Part shown: positions 7,671-15,380 of the stretch, in pieces
Layout: each line of letters begins with the position of its first letter
Position numbering within the stretch: the first letter of the stretch is position 1
DNA from: Eubacteriales bacterium
GTDB lineage: Bacteria > Bacillota > Clostridia > Oscillospirales > CAG-272
Length of the DNA stretch: 51,325 nt
Reading direction: 5' to 3'
Assembly: GCA_045660125.1 (NCBI GenBank)
Contig: JAZRDG010000097.1
Coordinates: 1-51,325 of the forward strand
Program-made: the position numbers and the translations under genes
The notes under the pieces: model-generated
Database searches by the model: none
The model's input: only the letters and a program-made list of their open reading frames with translations
Told to the model about the DNA's origin: nothing

Positions 7671-10600
7671 TACAAGAACAAATTTTTACCCTCTCGTTCC
7701 GTCCCGGAAAGGGTGAGGTCTCCCGCCGCTCCTTGGAGGTTAAGGTGGGAGAGCCCCTGCCCTCGCTGCCCATTCCGCAGCGCAAGGATTACACCTTTGG
7801 CGGATGGTACACCGAGGAGGGCGGCAAGGGACAAAAGTACGTGCCGGGCGACGTCCCCACGACGGATCTCGTGCTTTACGCACATTGGATCAAGCGCAAG
7901 GCAGCCAAGAAAAAGTCCCTTTACCGCACACAGAAAAACGCAGCCATTACGCTGGCTGTCAGCTTTGCTATACTGATCGGCGTGCTGATCGGCGTACGCG
8001 CCCTTGTCAGCATTCTGACCTACACCGAGCAGGTCAAAACCATTACCGAAAGCGGTGAGGTGGAGGTCATCTCGACCAAATACTACGTCAAAAAGATTGA
8101 CGGCGTTTATCACCTGTGCCACCTGGAGGGCTCGTTCCCCAATTTCAGCTTTGAGCCGCTGCCCCGCGACGCGGACGGCTACTTTGTCACCGACCACGAC
8201 TCGCTGATCGCGGTTGACCCCAAGACAGGCGCTTGTAAGATTTACGCCGTGGTGGAAACCGAGGGCTCCGAGGTGCTTGGCTACTCGGGCAGAGTCATGA
8301 TGTTCAGACAGCTGACCTACGACGCATCCTCCTCGCTTGGCAAAAAGCCGCAAAACCGCATTGACAAGATCGAGATCACCAACGAGCACGGCTCGTTTAC
8401 CCTGATCCGCCAAAAAGACACCAACGATTTTTATATCGACGGCTACGAGACCACCGCATTTAACCTGGAATCCTTTGCATCCCTGGCAAACGCATGCGGC
8501 TACACCATTTCGATGGAAAGACTTGCCGACCCCGAGCGTAACCCCGACGGTACCATTCGCTTTGCCGAGTACGGCTTGATTGCCGAGACCCGCAAGGACG
8601 AAGAAGGCAAGGAATACGACTACGTGCCCGCCAAGTTTACCACCACCGCAGGTGACGGTGCGGCTTACACGGTCATCATTGGTGACCCCATCGTTTCCGA
8701 AGCAGGCTACTACGTGCAGCTTGAGGGCAGAAACACCATCTACATCCTGTCCGCCTCGGGCATCAAGGATCTGATCCTGCAACCCATCGAGGTGCTGCTG
8801 ACCCCCATGATCACCTACCCCTCCTCCATGAACACCTACTTTGACGTGGAGAACTTTATCATCCAAAGCAACATTGACCACGAAAAGATCAACCAAGCCA
8901 TTTTCAACGAGGCTTGCCGCCGCATGGGCCTTGACGTGGAAAACATGACTAAGGAAGAGATCGAGCAGATCGACCAGACCGAGCTTGCAAAGTACTACAG
9001 CGAGGTTTCCGCCGAAATGTACGATACCCTGCTCAAGGAGCACTCCAAGCAGGTATGCGACTTCTCTTACCTGGATCTGGATGAACGCGAAAACACCATG
9101 TACTCCGCAATGTCCTACAAGACCAACTCGGAATACATGCAGGGCTACTTCCCCAACTATGACAACGTCAACAACGCGCTCTACAGCCTGTATTCGCTTG
9201 CTCCGCTGCGCATCGTCAAGCTTGACCCCGACGCAGACATGATGGAAGAATACGGCGTGCTGGAGCCCGCGCATCTGATCTCCTACTACTACGATGACAT
9301 AGACGACGAGGGCAATACCTACACGGTATTCAACCGCGTCAGCATCAGCAAGAAGTCCTCCTCCGGTATTTACTACGCTTACGGCGAGATTATGACCAAG
9401 GACGAGGACGGCGAATACTACTACCTCTATTCCCCCATGATCGTGGAGCTTTACGAAAGTGCAGTTCCCTTCCTTGAGTGGAGCGACGTGGACTGGTACG
9501 ATCCTTACTTCGTGCAGCTCAACATCGCTTACCTGCAGGACGTGATCTACTCTTGGGGCGATCACACAGTCAAGTTCGGTATTGACAACTCCGCAACCTC
9601 TCAAATGGTCTTCCTGCCCGGCAGAGGCAGCTCGCACACCGCAAAGGTAGGCGACAAGGAGCTGACCTACACGGTCAAGAAGGTCGGCGAGATTTACGTG
9701 CTGGTGGATGCCGAGGGCAACACCCTGACCCCCATTCAATCCTCGGATTACATGGTGTCCGGTCAGTACGCAACCAAGGGCACGGTAGAATACCCCATGC
9801 CGCAGTACGCAAGAGATTACATGTTTATAGAGACCAAGACGGATGACGCGACCGGTCGCTATACCTACTACATGTACTATCGCGCAGGCAGAGAGACAGG
9901 CTATAAGCTTTGCGCCGACGTCAAGGTGCTGGACGGTGCAACCGGTGCGATCCTGAGTGCCAACACGGTAGAGGGTCAGGCGGCTTACCAGACCGATTAC
10001 TTCTACACCAAGAGCGGATACCTGTTCATGCTGGATAAGGACAGCGTGCTGGGCAAGCAGCTGACCGAGGGCATGGGCGCTTGGGGCGAGGGTACGGTTT
10101 ACCTGACCGCCGACGGCAAGAACATTCTCATCGACAGCAGCACGGGCACCTGGTACACCATCAATACCCTGACTCCCCCCATCTACTTTACCGATAAGGA
10201 CACCTCCTCTATGGTCATCAACAGCGCGGACCGCAACGGTGTGACCTTCTATCCCACCGGCAACACGCCCCTGCGCTTTAACGAAACCGATGGCTACTTT
10301 GAGATCTACAACGTAGCCAAGCAGGCTTGGGCAAAGGCTAACACCTCCAACGTGACGTTGGGTGTTTGGGGCAACGGCTCTTACTACAAGACCGCCGACG
10401 GCTCTTACATCCTGGTAGACACCAAGACGGGCGAGTGGGGCTACCTGTACCTTTCGACCGTAGCGTCGGGTAACATGGTAGTCAGCGCGAACGGGCAAAA
10501 GCTTGACTACGAGGTCACCCTGCACACCGCGACCGGCAAGCCGCAAAACTCGTACGCATCCGAAAACTTCCGTAAGATGTATCAGGGTCTGCTGTACGCC

Positions 10601-10921
10601 TCTATCGAGGGCGCGGCTGATCTGACCGAAGCAGAAATGGCTGCCCTGCGTGCTACCCCCGACAGCGAATGCCAGCTCAAGCTGATCATTACCGCTGCTG
10701 ACCCGGACGGCACCACGCGCTACACCATCTACCGCTTCTACCGCTACACCAACCTCAAATCCTACATGACGGTTGAGCTTGTGGACTCCCCCGATGATCC
10801 GGGTGATCCGCAGAACGGCCAAGGCACCTTCTTCGTGCTCTCCACCTTTGTGGAAAAGCTGATTGCGGATGCCGAGCGCGTCATGAACGGCCAAGAGGTC
10901 GTATCGATCAGTAAGAATTGA
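7667..10921 (+). CDS. Large membrane-anchored protein: N-terminal InlB-B/Flg_new-like repeat, TM, long DUF4340-like ectodomain
   Basis: ATGA overlap with the upstream gene. The motif YTFGGWYTEEGGKGQKYVPGD...LVLYAHW precedes KRKAAKKK plus a TM (AITLAVSFAILIGVLIGV). About 950 aa of Tyr/Asp/Thr-rich sequence follows. Its position after GldG matches the usual DUF4340 slot. Confidence 0.7.
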   Translation: MIQEQIFTLSFRPGKGEVSRRSLEVKVGEPLPSLPIPQRKDYTFGGWYTEEGGKGQKYVPGDVPTTDLVLYAHWIKRKAAKKKSLYRTQKNAAITLAVSFAILIGVLIGVRALVSILTYTEQVKTITESGEVEVISTKYYVKKIDGVYHLCHLEGSFPNFSFEPLPRDADGYFVTDHDSLIAVDPKTGACKIYAVVETEGSEVLGYSGRVMMFRQLTYDASSSLGKKPQNRIDKIEITNEHGSFTLIRQKDTNDFYIDGYETTAFNLESFASLANACGYTISMERLADPERNPDGTIRFAEYGLIAETRKDEEGKEYDYVPAKFTTTAGDGAAYTVIIGDPIVSEAGYYVQLEGRNTIYILSASGIKDLILQPIEVLLTPMITYPSSMNTYFDVENFIIQSNIDHEKINQAIFNEACRRMGLDVENMTKEEIEQIDQTELAKYYSEVSAEMYDTLLKEHSKQVCDFSYLDLDERENTMYSAMSYKTNSEYMQGYFPNYDNVNNALYSLYSLAPLRIVKLDPDADMMEEYGVLEPAHLISYYYDDIDDEGNTYTVFNRVSISKKSSSGIYYAYGEIMTKDEDGEYYYLYSPMIVELYESAVPFLEWSDVDWYDPYFVQLNIAYLQDVIYSWGDHTVKFGIDNSATSQMVFLPGRGSSHTAKVGDKELTYTVKKVGEIYVLVDAEGNTLTPIQSSDYMVSGQYATKGTVEYPMPQYARDYMFIETKTDDATGRYTYYMYYRAGRETGYKLCADVKVLDGATGAILSANTVEGQAAYQTDYFYTKSGYLFMLDKDSVLGKQLTEGMGAWGEGTVYLTADGKNILIDSSTGTWYTINTLTPPIYFTDKDTSSMVINSADRNGVTFYPTGNTPLRFNETDGYFEIYNVAKQAWAKANTSNVTLGVWGNGSYYKTADGSYILVDTKTGEWGYLYLSTVASGNMVVSANGQKLDYEVTLHTATGKPQNSYASENFRKMYQGLLYASIEGAADLTEAEMAALRATPDSECQLKLIITAADPDGTTRYTIYRFYRYTNLKSYMTVELVDSPDDPGDPQNGQGTFFVLSTFVEKLIADAERVMNGQEVVSISKN

Positions 10922-10931
10922 TCCAAATAAC

Positions 10932-10967
10932 AAAAACGGCTCGTCGCAAGACGAGCCGTTTCTTTTT
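10932..10967. terminator. Bidirectional rho-independent terminator between convergent genes
   Basis: A5, stem ACGGCTCGTC/GACGAGCCGT with loop GCAA, then TTCTTTTT. Confidence 0.85.
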
Positions 10968-10973
10968 ATGCTT

Positions 10974-13900
10974 TTACTTTCTCTTCTTTTTCTTTGCACA
11001 CACCAAAGCCGCTGCCGCAACCGCTACGGGCACGATAGCACCCGCGGCACTCTTACAGCCGCTCTTTTTGTCCTCGGGCGCATCGGTTGCCTGCTCGCCC
11101 TCGGGCGCGGTGCCCTGCTCGGTGGGAGGAACGCTTTCCTGCTCCGTGCTCTGCTCGGGCGCGGGGAACGCAGCCTTGAGCGTGCGGATCAGCACGTCCA
11201 TGGAGGTGGAGGTCAGGTACGCATTCTCCATGCCTGCCTGTGCCTTGACGTAAGCTTGGGCGGTGATATCACCACCTGCAGCCACGTATTCGTCCATCAC
11301 ACTCTGCAAAGCGCTCTTATCGCAGATCGGCGTGCCGTACGCTTCAATCTCTGCCAGCTGCAGCATATAGCCGTCTGCCGCCGTGCTGCGCAGCTTGGTT
11401 GCCTCAAGCTTGATCATGGCAGCCTCGACCGGGCTTGCAAGCGTGACCACGTAATCGCCATTGGGCTTTTGCGCATCGGTCTGCTTGTCGATCGACGTCC
11501 AGTGCTCACCGTCCACCGAAACGAGGATCTCGAAATCCTTGGGCCACAAATCGCCAATCGGCGTGACCACTACCTTATCCAGCGCAAACAGGTCACCGAA
11601 ATCGATGATGACGTACTCGGTGGCGTTCTCCTTATCGTGGCGCTTGACGTTCGACGTCCAGCCGTTATTCTTGTTACCGTCGTTGATAAACTTGCCTGCC
11701 CAGCCCCAAGCCACGTATTCCAGACTTGTCTCGCTGGACACCTCAAAGGGTCTGTTGAGTGCAATATTCATGCCCTCGGTATAAATGATCTCCTCTGTGG
11801 GGCGATTGTTGGTGCCGGGTGCACCAACCGAGCCGTCATCCATAAAGATCTCAATCTCTGCAAGCGCGAGCGTCTTGCTGTAATTGGTAATATCCAGCTT
11901 GACGTAACGTGCGTTCACCGCATCAAAGGTGATGCTGGGAATTTCGTCTCTGGCGTTGACGTTCTGCGCGTCTGCCACCTCGGTCCAGCTCTTGCCGTCC
12001 TCGGATACGCTGATCTTGATCGACTTACCAAAGTTCTTGCCCTGCTTCTTTCCCGTGCCTGCGGGATACAGATCCACGCGGTTGAGCATTGTCGCATAGC
12101 CAATATCGATCACAATAACGGATTCTCTGGGACCGTTGGACGCCCAGCCCAGCGTGCCGTTTTCCTCGCATTCGCGCGCGCCGTCGTTGAGGTTGTTCAT
12201 GTACTGATTGGAGGTACCCGTGGAGCTGTCACAGATGATCTCGGCATCCTTGGCAAGATTGCTGCCAACGGGCGCAGGCGTGATCTCGTCTGCAAAGTCC
12301 AAGCCCTCGGGCAGCGCAAGCAGCTCGCCGTCACCTGCTGCCAGCGTCAGCGTCAGCTTGTTACCATCAAGGCTGACCTTACTAAAGCTGCCGTCCTGCT
12401 TGCTTGCACGCTCCAGCGAAGTGATGGATGCGTCCAGCTGCAGGGTAACGGTCTGCTCCTTGGAAAAGTTATTGTTGACTACCATCAGGTAGTTTCTGCC
12501 GCTCTCTTTGTCCTTGAGCAGCGAAACGGTATAGTTCTTTTTATCCGTGGGCTGCACCGGGAAATCCTCGGGAATGCTCTCCTGCCCCCACGTTTCGCCG
12601 TTGAGGTAGATCTCAAGCGCATCGCAGTTGATCAGGGTCTTACCCAGCGCAAGCACCTCGTGATTGACCTTGCTGACCGCTGCGTAATGCTTGTTGGGCA
12701 CGCCTGTGGGGGAAATGATACCGTCCGCAAACGGCTCGGAGCGATCCACGGGGGTAAACCACGTAAAGTACGAGATCTGCTTATAGCCGTACGCCAAGTA
12801 CATATAGATCTCATAGCGGATCTCGCTGTCGGTCGGACGGCGGAATCCACCGGGAATGCACACGCTCTGGATATACGCGCCGGTTTTGACGTCGTTGGCA
12901 AGGCCTACGTCATGGCAGGCGTCCATATTGGAAAGGAAGCCGACTCTGTCCATGCTGCCTGCCGCCACGCCGTAAGGATAGCGGTCATACATCAGATAAT
13001 CCAGCGGATAGCCCGTGGACGCGCAAAGCTTGCACCAGTCGTCCATCTGGCTGATATAGGTCTCCAGATTGGGATACGAGCCCGAGGGCAGGAAGTTGAG
13101 GTGCATGTACTTATCCGGCTCGGCGGACTTGAGCACGCGATACGCCTCGATAAAAGTGTTGGGGTTATACGGCTCGTCCAACATGTAGTAGCCACCCACG
13201 CCGGGCACGTTCTTGTATTCCTCCACCACAGCCAGAATTTCCTGCTCGCTCATGTTCAGAAGATTGCCGCCAAGACGGTAATCGCCAACCGTCATCAGCA
13301 TGCCGTACTTATCGCAAAGCTCCAGCATCTTTTCCTGCACGTGCTTGTCGCCCAGCGCGTCGCCCGAGCCCATGACGTAGGTAATGCCGGCATCTGCCAT
13401 CAGCTTATACTGCTCGTCGTTGATATAGTCCTTTGTGGGCGGCCAGAAGATCGAGACCATGATATTCTCGTCAAAGCGCGCCTTCTCGTCCACAACCTGC
13501 ACGCGGCAGGTCTCGGTCACGTTGCCTGCCTTGGCAGTAATGGTTGCCTCGCCCTTTGCCTTGGCTGTCACCTTACCGTTTGCATCCACGGCTGCAACAC
13601 CTCCCTTATCGCTGCTCCAGCTGATGCTTGGCGTGCTTGCAAAGCCCGAAAGCAGCATTTCCAGCTGTGCGCTCTCGCCCACGGTCAGCTCCAGCGCGTG
13701 CTTATTCAGCGTTGCCATCTGCACTGCCTTGCCGTAGACCTCAACCTCGCTCAGCTGCACCAGAAGTCCGTCCGAGGACTGTCCTCCGCCCGCAGACTCC
13801 ACGGCATAACGCTCGCTGACGTAGATCTGCACGTATCTTGCCTGCACGGGCGTAAAGTTGTGCACGTCCGCCTCGTTTTTGACGGCAGGATTGCCCACGC

Positions 13901-14333
13901 TGCGCCCTACCTCGGTATAGCTCTCGTTATCCAAGGAAACGCTTACCGTATAGGTCACGGGAAAATTTCTGCCGCTTTGAATGGGCGCGACCACCACGCA
14001 GCCGATCTCGGTTGCCTTGCCAAGGTCCAAGGTCACGCTCACGGGCTTGTATTTGTCGGTCTCCACGTCGTAAGGATTGGTTGACCAGCCGGTACCCGAC
14101 TTGCCGTCCACCAGCATAGCCTTGCTCCAGTTCTCGGCAGCCATCTCATAGGAATTTTCTCCCGAGGTCTTGCCCGACGCATTGGATACCGAAACAGTTG
14201 CATTCTTTGCAATATTTTCGTAGCCCGCAGGCAGATCCGCAGCCGCAACCGACGTGGGGATGATGCCGCAGCCTGCGATCATCGCAAGTGCAAAAAAGGC
14301 ACCCAAAATACGTTTTACTGTCAATTTTACCAT
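10974..14333 (-). CDS. Secreted multidomain glycosidase-like surface protein (discoidin/F5-8 type C domains, Big_2, central TIM-barrel-like module) with C-terminal TM anchor
   Basis: Signal peptide MVKLTVKRILGAFFALAMIAGCGIIP. Discoidin-like segments (...LVDGKSGTGWSTNPYD..., ...NDGNKNNGWTSN...). Big_2-like segment (LELTVGESAQLE...ISWSSDKGGVAAVDANGKVTAKAKGEATITA). GH-like core (YYMLDEPYNP). C-terminal acidic linker, SGCKS, a TM, then KKKKRK. Confidence 0.8.
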   Translation of the reverse strand: MVKLTVKRILGAFFALAMIAGCGIIPTSVAAADLPAGYENIAKNATVSVSNASGKTSGENSYEMAAENWSKAMLVDGKSGTGWSTNPYDVETDKYKPVSVTLDLGKATEIGCVVVAPIQSGRNFPVTYTVSVSLDNESYTEVGRSVGNPAVKNEADVHNFTPVQARYVQIYVSERYAVESAGGGQSSDGLLVQLSEVEVYGKAVQMATLNKHALELTVGESAQLEMLLSGFASTPSISWSSDKGGVAAVDANGKVTAKAKGEATITAKAGNVTETCRVQVVDEKARFDENIMVSIFWPPTKDYINDEQYKLMADAGITYVMGSGDALGDKHVQEKMLELCDKYGMLMTVGDYRLGGNLLNMSEQEILAVVEEYKNVPGVGGYYMLDEPYNPNTFIEAYRVLKSAEPDKYMHLNFLPSGSYPNLETYISQMDDWCKLCASTGYPLDYLMYDRYPYGVAAGSMDRVGFLSNMDACHDVGLANDVKTGAYIQSVCIPGGFRRPTDSEIRYEIYMYLAYGYKQISYFTWFTPVDRSEPFADGIISPTGVPNKHYAAVSKVNHEVLALGKTLINCDALEIYLNGETWGQESIPEDFPVQPTDKKNYTVSLLKDKESGRNYLMVVNNNFSKEQTVTLQLDASITSLERASKQDGSFSKVSLDGNKLTLTLAAGDGELLALPEGLDFADEITPAPVGSNLAKDAEIICDSSTGTSNQYMNNLNDGARECEENGTLGWASNGPRESVIVIDIGYATMLNRVDLYPAGTGKKQGKNFGKSIKISVSEDGKSWTEVADAQNVNARDEIPSITFDAVNARYVKLDITNYSKTLALAEIEIFMDDGSVGAPGTNNRPTEEIIYTEGMNIALNRPFEVSSETSLEYVAWGWAGKFINDGNKNNGWTSNVKRHDKENATEYVIIDFGDLFALDKVVVTPIGDLWPKDFEILVSVDGEHWTSIDKQTDAQKPNGDYVVTLASPVEAAMIKLEATKLRSTAADGYMLQLAEIEAYGTPICDKSALQSVMDEYVAAGGDITAQAYVKAQAGMENAYLTSTSMDVLIRTLKAAFPAPEQSTEQESVPPTEQGTAPEGEQATDAPEDKKSGCKSAAGAIVPVAVAAAALVCAKKKKRK

Positions 14334-14413
14334 GTTGTCTCTCCTTTATATATCAGTTATACAACAATTATACCATATCCTTTGCGGAAAGTCAAGCGAA
14401 CCGCGCGCCTCTC

Positions 14414-14442
14414 TTGACACGCTTTTGCAAAAGGTGTATAAT
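14414..14442 (+). promoter_or_regulatory. SigmaA-type promoter of the metF-metH operon
   Basis: TTGACA (14414-14419), 17-nt spacer, TATAAT (14437-14442), leaving only about 35 nt of leader before the metF ATG. Confidence 0.7.
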
Positions 14443-14477
14443 AAATTGAATGAATTTTTGACACGGAGTGCACGGAT

Positions 14478-15356
14478 ATGAAGCTGACAAGCATTTTACA
14501 TAGCGGCAAGCTTTCGCTTTCCTTTGAGGTATTCCCTCCCAAAACCGACTCGGCATTTGCAAGCGTGGAGCAAGCGACCATGCAGATCGCCTCGCTGCAG
14601 CCGCCCTTTATGAGCGTGACCTACGGCGCAGGCGGCGGCACAAGCAAATACACCTTGGAGATTGCAAGTCGCATCAAGGACACCTATAACGTGCCCATGC
14701 TTGCGCACCTGACCTGCGTGTCCTCCACCAAGCAAACGGTTGCAGCGCAGATTGAGGCGATCAAGGCGGCGGGCATTGAGAACGTCATGGCTTTGCGCGG
14801 CGACGTTCCCGCGCACATGCAGGGCGAGGACCGCAAGGATTGGGCATATCACCACGCCATTGACCTTGTGCGCGAATTGAAGGAGAGCGGCGCGGGCTTT
14901 TGCATTGGCGGCGCGTGCTATCCCGAGGTGCACCCCGAGAGCAAAAACCAAAAGGAGGATCTGCGCTACCTTGCCGAAAAGGTGGATGCAGGCTGCGACT
15001 TTTTGACCACGCAGATGTTTTTTGACAACAATCTGCTCTATAATTTCCTTTACAAGGCACGCGAGGCAGGCATTACCGTGCCCGTGGTGGCAGGCATTAT
15101 GCCCATCACAAACGCTTCGCAGGTCGAGCGAGCCGTCAGCCTTTCGGGCTCGCACGTGCCGCGCAGATTTTTGAGCCTTGTGGACAAGTTCGGAAGTGAC
15201 CCTGCCGCCATGAAGCAGGCAGGCATTGCTTACGCGACCGACCAGATCATTGACCTGTTTGCCAACAACGTGACCAACGTGCACGTATATTCCATGAACA
15301 AGCCCGAGGTGGCAGCCGCCATTATGGCAAACCTGTCCGACATTCTGGGCAAATAA
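14478..15356 (+). CDS. metF: 5,10-methylenetetrahydrofolate reductase
   Basis: Characteristic MetF N-terminus (LSFEVFPPKTD...MSVTYGAGGGT...LAHLTCV) and a length of 292 aa. Confidence 0.9.
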   Translation: MKLTSILHSGKLSLSFEVFPPKTDSAFASVEQATMQIASLQPPFMSVTYGAGGGTSKYTLEIASRIKDTYNVPMLAHLTCVSSTKQTVAAQIEAIKAAGIENVMALRGDVPAHMQGEDRKDWAYHHAIDLVRELKESGAGFCIGGACYPEVHPESKNQKEDLRYLAEKVDAGCDFLTTQMFFDNNLLYNFLYKAREAGITVPVVAGIMPITNASQVERAVSLSGSHVPRRFLSLVDKFGSDPAAMKQAGIAYATDQIIDLFANNVTNVHVYSMNKPEVAAAIMANLSDILGK

Positions 15357-15380
15357 TTTCATTTGCTTTGGAGGCATTTC

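Noticed and set aside
7541-11020. 1159-aa ORF on the minus strand, antisense to the DUF4340-like gene. Similar ORFs occur at 3955-6015 (-), 5934-7382 (-) and 2517-3728 (-), opposite the Gld-type operon.
   Set aside because: These are shadow ORFs typical of GC-rich coding DNA. Their products are low-complexity and rich in Arg/Gly/Val/His/Ala, with no start context. The sense-strand genes have clear motifs, SD sites and operon coupling.
10968-14084. 1038-aa plus-strand ORF opposite the 1119-aa glycosidase-like gene.
   Set aside because: It is an antisense shadow ORF. It has no SD and an implausible composition, whereas the minus-strand product has a signal peptide and recognisable discoidin/Big_2 segments.
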